Source: an uncultured Chloroflexia bacterium (GTDB lineage: Bacteria; Chloroflexota; Dehalococcoidia; UBA2979). From it: DNA of 64,000 nucleotides. This document shows, piece by piece, positions 17,117-27,175 of the stretch. How positions within the stretch are numbered: the stretch's first letter is position 1; every line of letters starts with the position of its first letter. The notes beneath the pieces are model-generated. The model saw nothing but the letters and a program-made list of their open reading frames with translations. It was not told the origin of the DNA and did not search any database. The translations under genes and the position numbers were made by a program. The stretch spans positions 512,001-576,000 of the forward strand of contig CAVSIV010000001.1 in the NCBI GenBank assembly GCA_963728205.1, read 5' to 3'.

Positions 17117-19335
17117 CCCGCCTGGGGTGGACCGGCCGGCTGGCGCGCTGGAGCGCCGAGCGCCGCTGGCGGGTGCTCGGCGCCTGGCTCCTCGCGCTCG
17201 TCGTGGTCACCGCCGTCGCGGGCGCCGTCGGGGGCGTCTTCACGACGGAGATCGAGTTCACGAACAGCCCGGAGTCGCAGCAGGCGAAGCGCATCATCGA
17301 GCGCGCCCGCGGTGCGGAGCCGCTCGCCGAGACCATCGTCGTCCGCAACCCCTCGCTCACCGTCGACGACCCCGCATTCCGCGCGCAGGTCACGGACATC
17401 GCGGCCGCGCTGCGCGCGCAGCCAGCGATGGTCGACCCGTCCAGCGTCGTCACGTTCTACGACAGCGGCGTCGCGCAGCTCGTGTCGGCGGACCGTCACA
17501 CGACGCTGATCCCGGCGATGCTCACGGGCACGCTCGACGCGTCGGGGCCGAAGGTGCACTGGCTGCAGGACACGATCGCCGCGCGCGCGCAGCCGGGGTT
17601 CATCGTGCTCGACGGCGGCTACGCGAGCCTCAGCGACGCGTTCAACCAGGTCGCCCAGCACGACCTGTCCGCCGAGGAGCGCGTGATGCCGATCGCGCTC
17701 CTCGTCCTCGTCCTCGTCTTCGGCGCCGTCGTTGCCGCGCTCGTGCCGATGGGGCTCGCGTTCCTCGCGATCTTCCTCGCGTTCGGCGCGGTCACGCTGC
17801 TCTCGCAGCTGTGGCCGCTCTCCACCTTCGTCCAGAACATGGTGCTGATGATCGGCCTCGCCGTCGGCATCGACTACGCGTTGTTCATCGTGCAGCGGTT
17901 CCGCGAGGAGCGGCAGCGTGGCCACGCCGTGCTCGACGCGATCGGCTACGCGGGCGACATCGCGACGCGCGCGGTGGTGTTCTCGGGCGCGACCGTCGTG
18001 ATCGCGCTGTGCGGCCTGCTGATCGTGCCGACGAACATCTTCCGCAGCTTCGGCCTCGGCTCCGCGATCGTCGTCATCCTGGCGGTGGCGATCTCGCTCA
18101 CCGCGCTTCCGGCCGTGCTCGGCCTGCTCGGCGACCGCGTGAACGCGCTCTCGGTGCCGTTCATCGGCGCGCGCAGCCATGCCGCCGACGTCGACCACGA
18201 GCGCGGCTTCTGGGCCTGGGTCGCGCGCCGGGTGATGGCGCGGCCGCTGATCTCGATCGTGCTCTCGGTCGGACTGCTCGTCGCGCTGTCGCTGCCGTAC
18301 TTCTCGATCCGGCTCGGGCAGTCGGGCGCCGAGACGTTCCCCGCCTCGTACCAGGCGCGGCAGGCGTTCGACATCCTCAACCAGCAGTTCTCCGCGGGCC
18401 TGCTTGCGCCCACCGACATCGTGGTCAGCGCGCCCGACGTCACCGCCGCGCCGGTGCAGCAGGCGGCCGCCCGCCTCGTGGCCGCGCTGCAGGCGGACCC
18501 GCAGATCGAGGTGGTCGCCGCGCCGCAGGTCACCGGCGGCGTGCTCATCCTCGAGGTGAGCGTGCCCGGCGACGTCGCAGGCAACGAGGCGATCGACGCC
18601 GTGCGACGCATCCGGCAGGACTACGTGCCGGCCGCATTCGCCGGCACCGGCGCGCACGTCGTGGTCGGCGGCCCGACGGCCCTCGACTCCGACTTCTTCG
18701 ACCTCGTGCACACCTACACGCCGATCACGTTCGCGTTCGTGCTCGGCCTCAGCTTCGTATTGCTGCTGCTCGTGTTCCGGTCCCTGATCGTCCCGCTGAA
18801 GGCGATCGTGATGAACCTGCTCTCCGTCGGCGCGGTCGGTGACGTCGGGATCTTCCAGCGCGGCTGGCTGACCGGGCCCCTGTGGTTCCAGCGCGTCGAC
18901 AAGATCGAGGCGTGGCTGCCGCTGTTCCTGTTCACGGTGCTGTTCGGGCTGTCGATGGACTACCACGTCTTCCTGCTCAGCCGGATCCGCGAGCGCTTCG
19001 ACGAGACGGGGCGCAATACGGCGTCGGTCGCGTACGGGCTGCGCAGCACCGCGAACATCATCACGGGCGCGGCGGCGATCATGGTGGCGGTGTTCAGCGG
19101 GTTCGCGCTCGGCCAGCTCGTGATGTTCCAGCAGATCGGCGTCGGTCTCGCGGTCGCCGTGTTCCTCGACGCCACCGTCGTGCGCACGGTGCTGGTGCCC
19201 GCGACGATGCGCCTCCTCGGGGACTGGAACTGGTACCTGCCGTCGTGGCTGCGGTGGCTGCCGGACCTCCGCGTCGAGCGCCGCGTGCCCGGCGCCGACG
19301 GGCCGGCGGACGAGCGGACGTCCGCCGCCGTGTGA
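17113..19335 (+). CDS. MMPL/RND family transporter (YdfJ-like)
   Basis: GLAVGIDYALF..RFREE and FGLSMDYHVFL.SRIRE motifs; GTGA overlap with tetR. Confidence 0.93.
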   Translation: MTRLGWTGRLARWSAERRWRVLGAWLLALVVVTAVAGAVGGVFTTEIEFTNSPESQQAKRIIERARGAEPLAETIVVRNPSLTVDDPAFRAQVTDIAAALRAQPAMVDPSSVVTFYDSGVAQLVSADRHTTLIPAMLTGTLDASGPKVHWLQDTIAARAQPGFIVLDGGYASLSDAFNQVAQHDLSAEERVMPIALLVLVLVFGAVVAALVPMGLAFLAIFLAFGAVTLLSQLWPLSTFVQNMVLMIGLAVGIDYALFIVQRFREERQRGHAVLDAIGYAGDIATRAVVFSGATVVIALCGLLIVPTNIFRSFGLGSAIVVILAVAISLTALPAVLGLLGDRVNALSVPFIGARSHAADVDHERGFWAWVARRVMARPLISIVLSVGLLVALSLPYFSIRLGQSGAETFPASYQARQAFDILNQQFSAGLLAPTDIVVSAPDVTAAPVQQAAARLVAALQADPQIEVVAAPQVTGGVLILEVSVPGDVAGNEAIDAVRRIRQDYVPAAFAGTGAHVVVGGPTALDSDFFDLVHTYTPITFAFVLGLSFVLLLLVFRSLIVPLKAIVMNLLSVGAVGDVGIFQRGWLTGPLWFQRVDKIEAWLPLFLFTVLFGLSMDYHVFLLSRIRERFDETGRNTASVAYGLRSTANIITGAAAIMVAVFSGFALGQLVMFQQIGVGLAVAVFLDATVVRTVLVPATMRLLGDWNWYLPSWLRWLPDLRVERRVPGADGPADERTSAAV

Positions 19336-19347
19336 TAGCGGCGCCGC

Positions 19348-20424
19348 TCAGCGGAAGTACAGCGTCGCCATGAGCCAGTCGAGCGTGGCCCGCCGCGCGG
19401 CATGCGCGGCCACCGTCCCGCCCGACGACTCCGCCACCAGCGTCCCGCCGCCGGGCAGCGGCACCAGGTAGCGCGTCACGAGGGTCCCGTCGCCGAGCGG
19501 CGACCCGGCGCGCGCGGTCGTCTCCATGCGCACCGCCTCGGTGCCGGCGACGCGCACCTCGGTCATCGACGCGGTCTGCTCGTCGCGCAAGCGGTCCACG
19601 AGCTCGTCGCGCAGCCCGCGATTGCTCTGCTCGATGCGGATCGCGGCCCCGCCGGTCGTGCCGGGCAGCACCACGAGCGGCTGAGGGTCGAAGAGCGAGC
19701 AGGGTGGCGCGCCCGAGGCGTTCGCGTACCAGCCGGGCGGGTAGCCGAGCGAGTAGCCGGCGATCGGGTTCGTGCACCTGGCGGGGCCGAGCGGCGCCGT
19801 CGTCGCCGGCAGCTCGCCGGGACGGGGGATGCGCAGGCGCATGCCGGCGTAGATCAGGTTCGGGTCCGCGATGCCGTTCGCGACCGCGAGCTGAGCGGTG
19901 CTGAGGTTGTAGCCCGCGGCGATCTGCCAGAGCGCGTCGCCCGAGCGCACCGTGTAGAACTGCTCGCGGAGCGTCGCGCCCTTGGGCAGGTGCCACGGCC
20001 CGGCGTCGGCGCGCGTGAGGTCGCGCGCGGCGAAGAGGACCTGGTTGCCGTGGATCTCGGCGTGGTAGCGGAAGACGTCGTCGCCGAGCGCCGCCCACAC
20101 GACATAACCGTCGACGGTGTGCTGCGCGCATGCGACCCCCGGCGTGTGGATGCCCAGACAGGCGTCGCTCCACGTCACGGCGACGGCATCGACGATCTCC
20201 ACGTCCGAGGGGTCGGCGCCGGTGCGCGAGCCGATGTCGGCGCGCACGACGTACTCGACGGCGGGTGGGAGCTCGACGGCGCGTGCGACCGACGCGGGGG
20301 TCGTGGCGACGAGCGCGAGGAGGGCGAGGAGGGCGAGCAGGGCGGGGACGGCGCGACGCAGGCAGCGGCGCAGCGAGGCAGGCTCGTGCGAAGTTGGGAA
20401 GCGCATCGGTTCGAGGTTCCTCAC
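19348..20424 (-). CDS. Exported LysM-domain protein
   Basis: Signal peptide; VTWSDACLG..C domain; LysM YTVRSGDALWQIA..YN...L..ANGIADPNLIYAG.RLRIP; PsbP-like C-terminus; start may be 20406. Confidence 0.85.
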   Translation of the reverse strand: MRNLEPMRFPTSHEPASLRRCLRRAVPALLALLALLALVATTPASVARAVELPPAVEYVVRADIGSRTGADPSDVEIVDAVAVTWSDACLGIHTPGVACAQHTVDGYVVWAALGDDVFRYHAEIHGNQVLFAARDLTRADAGPWHLPKGATLREQFYTVRSGDALWQIAAGYNLSTAQLAVANGIADPNLIYAGMRLRIPRPGELPATTAPLGPARCTNPIAGYSLGYPPGWYANASGAPPCSLFDPQPLVVLPGTTGGAAIRIEQSNRGLRDELVDRLRDEQTASMTEVRVAGTEAVRMETTARAGSPLGDGTLVTRYLVPLPGGGTLVAESSGGTVAAHAARRATLDWLMATLYFR

Positions 20425-20580
20425 GTGCCGCCCGGCCGTCTCAGGCTATCAGGCGCACGCAGCAGGTCCGAGTCGCGCGCCGGCCGGCGTCGTGCGCCCA
20501 CCGCCGGCGCCCCCCGCCGCGCGCCCGCTTCTGGCACAATCAGCCACCATCCCACGCCGGCGCACGCGAAGAGGGGCCCC

Positions 20581-21612
20581 ATGCTCGAGACAATCCAGCT
20601 CGGCCAGAACAGCGGTCTCGCCGTGTCGAAGCTCATCCTCGGCACGATGAACTTCGGCGAGCCCGGGCGCGGACACCAGGGCGACTGGACGCTCGATATC
20701 GACCAGGCCCGCCCGATCTTCAAGGCCGCGCTCGATCACGGGCTGTTCGCCTTCGATTGCGCCGACGTCTACGGCATCGGCGCCTGCGAGCGCACCGTCG
20801 GCGCGCTGCTCCGCGAGCTCGCCCCGCGCGACGAGTACGTGATCTCGACGAAGATCTCCGGCGCGATGGGGCGCAACCCGAACCAGGGCGGGCTCTCGCG
20901 CAAGCACATCATGGAGGGCGTCGACGCGAGCCTGCAGCGGCTCGGGCTCGATCACATCGACCAGCTGATCATCCACCGCCACCCGCACGGCCGCCCCGGC
21001 CTCCCGCAGACGCCGATCGAGGAGACGCTCGAGGCGCTGCACGACGTCGTGAAGGCCGGCAAGGTCCTGTACCTCGGCGCGTCGTCGATGTTCGCCTGGC
21101 AGTTCACCGAGCTGCAGCTGACGGCGGAACTGCACGGCTGGACGAAGTTCATCTCGATGCAGAACCACTACAACCTCGTCTACCGCGAGGAAGAGCGCGA
21201 GATGATCCCGTACTGCGTGAAGACGGGCGTGCCGCTCACGCCGTGGTCGCCGCTCGCGCGGGGCATCCTCACCGGTTCCTACCGCGGCGGCTTCGACGCG
21301 GGCGCCACGGACCGCGCGCGCGGCCGCGACCGCATCCGCACCGAGGGCCTCTACCGCGGCGAGCACACGTTCGAGATCGCCGACCGGGTCGTGGAGGTGG
21401 CGGAGAAGTACGAGAAGGCGCCGGCGCAGATCGCGCTCGCATGGCTGCTGAACAAGCCCGAGATCGCGGCGCCGGTCGTGGGCGTCTCGAAGATCGAGCA
21501 GCTCGACCAGCTCGTGGCCGCGACGGAGATCACGCTCGCGGACGAGGACGTCGCGTACCTCGAGGAGCTGTACCAGCCGCTGGAGAACCTGCTCTCGATC
21601 GGGACGTCCTGA
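20581..21612 (+). CDS. Aldo/keto reductase
   Basis: LGTMNFG, FDCADVYG, SLQRLGLDHID, GKVLYLGAS, QNHYNL and PWSPLARG motifs. Confidence 0.95.
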   Translation: MLETIQLGQNSGLAVSKLILGTMNFGEPGRGHQGDWTLDIDQARPIFKAALDHGLFAFDCADVYGIGACERTVGALLRELAPRDEYVISTKISGAMGRNPNQGGLSRKHIMEGVDASLQRLGLDHIDQLIIHRHPHGRPGLPQTPIEETLEALHDVVKAGKVLYLGASSMFAWQFTELQLTAELHGWTKFISMQNHYNLVYREEEREMIPYCVKTGVPLTPWSPLARGILTGSYRGGFDAGATDRARGRDRIRTEGLYRGEHTFEIADRVVEVAEKYEKAPAQIALAWLLNKPEIAAPVVGVSKIEQLDQLVAATEITLADEDVAYLEELYQPLENLLSIGTS

Positions 21613-21769
21613 GCGACGCCCGGCGGCCGGCTCGTCGCGCCGACGGTCCGTCGCCGTCGATGCGGCGCGGCTCGCGCGTCGGTCCGCGGCGGTAGCGCGC
21701 GAGGACGGCCGGGAGCGCGGCCTTCGGCTCGCACGCCGTGGCGGGATCGGTGTCGCCGCGACGCCCCTC

Positions 21770-21922
21770 GCAAGAGCGCGAGTTGCACGAGCACGGCGCC
21801 CTCGTCGACGAAGGCGTCGACGGCGGCGAGGATCCCGCCGGCGGTGCCGGCGCTCGGTGCTGCCGCGGGCGTGAGCATCTTCATCGACTCGAGCGTCAGC
21901 AGCTCGTCGTCCGCCGCGGCGG
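21770..21922 (-). pseudogene. Biotin carboxyl carrier (BCCP) fragment
   Basis: DDELLTLESMKMLTPAAAPSAGT..GI....DAFVDEGAVLVQL carries the E-x-M-K-M biotinylation motif; no start codon; follows the carboxyltransferase directly. Confidence 0.55.
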
Positions 21923-23467
21923 CTACGGTCGCATCAGCCGCGGATGCGGCCCGACATGCTGGCGCAGCGGGATCTGCGCCTGGCGGATCCACTGCACGAC
22001 CAGGGGCCGCGTCTCGCGCGGGTCGACGAGGTCGTAGAGCCCGAAGGACTCGGCGCGCAGGAACGGCGTGCGGTCCTGCTCGTGCATCGCCTCCAGCTCC
22101 CGGCGGCGGGCGTCGGGGTCGGGCGCCGCTTCGATCTCGCGGCGGTATGCCGCCCACACGCCCCCTTCGATCGGGATCGACCCCCACTCGCCGGACGGCC
22201 ACGCGTAGACCGGGCCGTTCCCGTTGTGATGCGCGCCGGCCGCCACGCCGTAGGCGCGCCGCACGATGAAGTTCACCCATGGGATCGTCGACTGGTTCAC
22301 GGCCGACAGCGCGCGCACGCCCTTGCGCAGCGTGCCGGCCGTCTCCGCGTCGACGCCGACCATGAAGCCGGGCTCGTCTTCGAACGAGAGCATCGGGAGG
22401 TGGAACGTGTCGCAGAGGTCGACGAAGCGCACGATCTTGTCGGCCGCCTCGGCGTCCATTGCGCCGCCGTTGAAGTTCGGGTTGTTCGACATCACGCCGA
22501 CGGCGTAGCCGTCGACCCGCGCGAAGCCCGTCATCAGCGCGCGGCCGAAGTGCGTCGTGACCTCGAAGAAGGAGTCGCGGTCGACGACCGCCTCGATCAG
22601 GCGGCGCGGGTTGAACGTGCGCCGGCGGTCGCGCGGGATGATCGAGAGCAGCGACGCCTCGCGCCGCTCCGGGTCGTCGACGGGCTCGCACCGCGGTGGC
22701 AGCTCCCAGGCGTTCGACGGGAGGTAGGAGAGGAAGCGCCGGATCTGGGCGAAGGCATCGGCCTCGTCCTCGGCCACGTTGTCAATCAGGCCGTTGCGCG
22801 CGTGCACCTGCCAGCCGCCGAGTTCCTCCTTCGACGGGAGCCGGCCGATGGCGCGCTCCACCACCGGCGGCCCGCCCGCGAAGAGGAAGCCGCTGCCCTT
22901 CACCATCACCGCGAAGTGGCTGTAGGCGACGCGCGCCGCCGCGATGCCGGCGCAGGCGCCCATCGCCGCGGCCACCACCGGGATGCTCCCCAGCAGGTCG
23001 ACATACGGCGACAGCGCATGCCCGGCGAGCGCGCTCCCCGAGTGTCGCGAGCGGTTCGTGCGCACGCTGCCGCCGGCGCCCTCGTGCAGGCGCACGAGCG
23101 GCACGCGCATGCGGCGCGCGACGTGGTCGATGTAGTAGCCCTTCGCGCTGCCACCGCCGTCCGAGGCGCCGCCGCGGATCGTGGCGTCCTCGCCGCCAAT
23201 CACGACGGGACGGCCGTCGACTGAGCCGGTGCCGAGCAGCGCGTTCGACGGCGTGACGGAGACGACGTTGCCGTCGTCGTCGCGCTCGACGCTCGCGCTG
23301 AGGACGCCGATCTCGCTGAAGGAGCCGGGGTCGAGCACGGCGTCGATGCGCTCGCGGATGGTGAGCTCGCCGCGCCCGTGCTGGCGCGCGACCGCCTCAT
23401 CGCCGCCCAGCGCGCGGGCGATGCCGCGGCGGCGCTCAATCTCGTCGACTTCCGGTTGCCACGTCAT
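21923..23467 (-). CDS. Acyl-CoA carboxylase carboxyltransferase subunit
   Basis: LTIRERID..LDPGSF.E, AGGPPVV, EELGG..VH, GFARVDG..VG, DEPGFMVG and VDPRETR motifs. Confidence 0.93.
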   Translation of the reverse strand: MTWQPEVDEIERRRGIARALGGDEAVARQHGRGELTIRERIDAVLDPGSFSEIGVLSASVERDDDGNVVSVTPSNALLGTGSVDGRPVVIGGEDATIRGGASDGGGSAKGYYIDHVARRMRVPLVRLHEGAGGSVRTNRSRHSGSALAGHALSPYVDLLGSIPVVAAAMGACAGIAAARVAYSHFAVMVKGSGFLFAGGPPVVERAIGRLPSKEELGGWQVHARNGLIDNVAEDEADAFAQIRRFLSYLPSNAWELPPRCEPVDDPERREASLLSIIPRDRRRTFNPRRLIEAVVDRDSFFEVTTHFGRALMTGFARVDGYAVGVMSNNPNFNGGAMDAEAADKIVRFVDLCDTFHLPMLSFEDEPGFMVGVDAETAGTLRKGVRALSAVNQSTIPWVNFIVRRAYGVAAGAHHNGNGPVYAWPSGEWGSIPIEGGVWAAYRREIEAAPDPDARRRELEAMHEQDRTPFLRAESFGLYDLVDPRETRPLVVQWIRQAQIPLRQHVGPHPRLMRP

Positions 23468-23483
23468 CGCGTCACTCCTCTGT

Positions 23484-23642
23484 GGCGAGCGGACGGCGTT
23501 CCGCCCTCCGACCCTGGTAGCAGCTCCCGTGCCGTCCCCGGCTGTACGTCAAAGCGGCGGCAGACACGCCGCCGACAGACGCGCGGCGGCCAGCCGCGGA
23601 CTGCGTCCGCGCCCTGTCGGCGGCATGTCTGCCGCCGCTTTG
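23484..23642. repeat. Adjacent REP-like family B copy (23484-23513) and family A hairpin (23550-23642)
   Basis: ggcgagcggacggcgttccgccctccgac; caaagcggcggcagacacgccgccgacag...ctgtcggcggcatgtctgccgccgctttg is a near-perfect inverted repeat. Confidence 0.85.
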
Positions 23643-23664
23643 GGTCGCGCCCGACGCGCCGCGT

Positions 23665-26081
23665 TCACTCCAGCGCTCCTTCGGCGGCGTACTCGGCGAT
23701 CTCGTTCGGTGTCAGGCCGAGCACCTCGGTCAGCACGTCGAACGTGTGCTCGCCGATCAGCGGCGCGCGCGACGTGCGCGGCGGGTGGCGCCGCGCCTGC
23801 ACCGGGTTCGCGTGCACCAGGAACTCGCGACCGGACGGGTGGTCGACCGCGACGAAGTGTTCCGCCAGCACCGGGTCGCGCTCCACCATGTCGACGATCG
23901 TCTGATACGGGCCCGCCGGGACGCCCGCCGCCTGCAGCGTCTCCGCGACCGCGTGCTTGTCGCGGCTCGCCGTCCACGACTGCAGTGCCGCGTCGATCTC
24001 CGCGCGGTGGGCGCGGCGACCGGCGAGCGTGTCGAGTTCCGCGCGCGCCAGCGCGGCGAGGCTCGTCGCCTCGGCCAGCGCGCGCCACTGCGCGTCGGTC
24101 TCCACCGCGATCGCGCACCACGCGTCTTCACCGCTGCAGCGGTAGTAGTCGTGCGGACAGGCGGCCGGGTCGTCGTTGCCGCGCGGTTCGGGCGCCACGC
24201 CCGCCGCGCTGTATTCGAGAATCGACGCGCCCATGAGCGCCACCGTCGACTCGTACTGGCTGACCTCGATGAACTGCCCCTCCCCGGAGCGCTCGCGCTC
24301 GATCAGCGCCGCGACAATCGCCGCCGCCGCGTGAAACGGGTTCGGCGCGAAGTCGCCGTACTGGTGGCCCCACGGCAGCGGCGGTTCGCCCCGGTGGCCG
24401 GACACCGACTTCAGCCCGGCCACGCCCACGAACATGTCCCCGAAGCCGCGCCAGCCGCGTCGCGGTCCGGCGCTCTCCATCGACGGCATGTTCGCGACGA
24501 TCACGCGCGGATTGAGCGCGCGGGCCTGCTGGTAGCCGATGCCCCAGCGGTCGAGCTGATCGCCGGCGAGGTTGCAGACGACGACATCGGAGGCGGCGAC
24601 CAGGCGGCGCAACAGGTCGCGCCCGTGGTCGGACGCGAGGTTCAGGGTGCAGGACCGCTTGTTCGCGTTCGCGTCCTGGAAGTAGCCGCCGGTATCGGGG
24701 TTGGAGTTGGCGTCGCCCGGGAGCTCGCCGTACAGCGGGATGCGGTTCGCGCGGCCGACGTCCATGCGGCGACGCGACTCCACTCTCGATCACGTCGGCG
24801 CCGAAGTCGGCGAGTAGCCGGCAGGCGAGCGGGCCGGCGATGATCCACGAGAGGTCGAGCACGCGGATGCCCGCGAGCGGGGTCCCGCCGTCCGACGGCG
24901 ACGTCTCGCGCGCCGAGGTCCGGCCGTCCGACGGCGAGCGGAGGGCGTGCCGCCCTCCGTCCCCCGCCGGGGCAACCGCGGGATCCGCTCGCCGCGGCGC
25001 CGCGGGCGCGCGGCGGCCCGCCGCGTACGGCGTGCGCGAGAAGCGCACCGGCGCGCCGGCGTCGAGCAACGTGGCCGCGCCGCCCGCCGCCTCCACCTCG
25101 ACGAAGAAGTCTCGCTCGCGCAGGAACGGGTCTGCGACGAGGTCGGCGGCATCGTGCACCGGCAGGCCGTTGAGGCCGTATGCCTGCACGATCTCGGTGA
25201 GCGCGGCGCGCGTGAACCCGGCCGCGAAGGCGGTGAACGCCGCCTCCGGGCGCGGGTCCGCGATGAACGCGGCGTGCGACATCGACGCCCGCATCGCGGG
25301 GAGCTCGCCGGCGCAGCCGTGCGCCTCCAGCATCGCGAGCGTGCGCTCCGGCTCGCGCCACGCCGAGATCGCGACGTAGCCGTCGCGCGCCGCGTACAGC
25401 CCCGCCGGCAACCGATCGGCGCGTGGCGCGCGCGCCCGCACGATGCCGAACTGGCGGTACATCGAGGCGTTCGACATCTGGAACGTGACGAGCGCGCCGA
25501 CCCGCTGCATCGCGACATCGATCCGCTCGCCCCCGCCGGCGCGGCGCGCGTGGAACAGCCCGATCGTCGCGCCGAGCGCGGCCGCCAGCCCCGACATCTG
25601 CGACGCCTGGGCGGGGCCGAAGCGTGCCGGTCGCTCGTCGCGATAGCCGAACAGCTGCGTCATCCCGCTCATCGCCTGCGCGACGAGGTCGCCGCCGAGC
25701 CAGCCGGCGCGCGGCCCGTCGATCCCGAACGGAGTGACGGAGATGACCACGAGCGGCGGCGTCTTCGCGGCGAGCGCGTCGAGGTCGAAGCCCCAGCGCG
25801 CGAGCTGGCCGTTGTCGATCACAACGTCGACGTCGTCGAGCCGACGAGCGAGCTCGGCGCGGCCCGCCGCGCCGGCGGGATCGAGCGCGACCGCGCGCTG
25901 GCCGGCGTGGTCGTGGAGGAAGCCGAGCGGCGCGTCGCGGCGCTGCGTAGAGCCGCCCGGCGGCTCCACGAGCGTGACGTCGGCGCCGAGGCCGGCGAGG
26001 AGCCGGCCCGCGTACGCGCCCCAGCGGTCCGCGAGAATCGAGGACGCGCGCGCCGGCGAGCGGACCCGTGTTGGCTGCCAT
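23665..26081 (-). CDS. Double-domain family III CoA-transferase with two apparent +1 frameshifts (~26037, ~24786)
   Basis: Three frames join as MAANTGPLAGARVLD/LADRWGAYAGRLLAGLGADV...LAGIRVLDLSWIIAGP..FGADVI/VESRRR..NANKRS..APLIGEHT; sequencing error or pseudogene. Confidence 0.85.
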
Positions 26082-26628
26082 CGCCTAGATCGATCCGCGC
26101 AGGCGCGGGTCGATCGCGGCGAGCAGCATGCGCGGCAGGATGAGCCGGGGCGGCGAGAGCATCGCGTCCATAGTTGCGCATGGTGACGAAGTCGGCGACT
26201 CCTGACCAGGCGCTCGCTCGTGCGCTCTCACAACCGGGCACGCGGGTCGAGCGGAACGTCGCCATGATCATCGTGAAGAGCCGTGGACCCCGGGGCCCCT
26301 CAGCCGGATCCGCCGTCGGGGCGTCGCACGCGGCACGCACCGACACGCCGGTCCCTGCCATTGCGTCGCGGGTGCGGGCGCGCCCGATCGGCTGATTCTC
26401 CGGGCGCTCGCGACGGACGGATCAGAAGGTCCAGCAGCGAACGCCCCGCATCCGACCTCCGGGATGAACGGGATTGCCGCTCCGCTGAGACGCGATCAAC
26501 GATCCGAGGAAGCTGGCAGGTGTCTTCGCCGCGATGATCCCGCTTAAGTCAGCTCGCGATGCCTGGTCAGCACGGCGAATGATCTCGGTTCGCATCCGAG
26601 AGGGATCGGCATCGCCCTGCGCGGGCGG

Positions 26629-26775
26629 TCAACTCCACCTCCGCCGGCCGCCGACGCCACCAATCGCCAGCACGACGAGGACGACGACGATCACGACGAG
26701 CAGGTTGTTGGTGAGAACGAACGCGCCACCGCCGAACACGAGCAGCAGCAGTAGCAGCAGCAGTAGCAGTCCCAC
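26629..26775 (-). CDS. Small 48-aa two-helix membrane protein (not in ORF track)
   Basis: MG(L)nVFGGGAFVLTNNLLVVIVVVLVVLAIGGVGGRRRWS*; AGGAGG 6 nt before the GTG. Confidence 0.7.
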   Translation of the reverse strand: MGLLLLLLLLLLVFGGGAFVLTNNLLVVIVVVLVVLAIGGVGGRRRWS

Positions 26776-27095
26776 GGTGCGCCTCCTATGTGTGGCCCGC
26801 AGGAGTCACCATAGTCTTCGTCGACCGCGCCATGACCTGCCGTCCGCCCCGCCAGTCCATGACGTTGGTCCCGGCGTCCCGCTTCGTTCGTCTCCGCCGC
26901 GAGTGCGCACTGCTCGTCTCGCCCTCGGCGCACGACCGGCCTGGCTCCGTCCAGCCCCCCGCTTCCAGGCTTCTTCCGTCGACGTCGGTCGGCGCACGCC
27001 CCCGTTGCGAGCCGGATGTTCCCTGACGATGACGCGCGACATCGTTGCCCTGACGGTCCCGATCAGGGGCGGGTCGACCGGCTCGCCGCTCGTCG

Positions 27096-27125
27096 TTGAC
27101 GGCCTGCGCCGGCGCGCAGTAGCGT
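27096..27125 (+). promoter_or_regulatory. Possible sigma70-type promoter of the tail operon
   Basis: TTGACG, 18 bp spacer, TAGCGT, about 50 bp upstream of the first gene of the locus. Confidence 0.35.
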
Positions 27126-27175
27126 CCGCCGAGGGCCGGCGTTCCGGGCATTCTTGACCCCGCGAGGACGCCGCT

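Noticed and set aside
26174-26595. Short ORFs 26174..26395 (+) and ~26422..26595 (-)
   Set aside because: No RBS, weak GC3 bias and no recognisable motif
26740-26770. (CAG)n microsatellite
   Set aside because: Explained by the poly-Leu codons (CTG/CTA) of the minus-strand membrane microprotein
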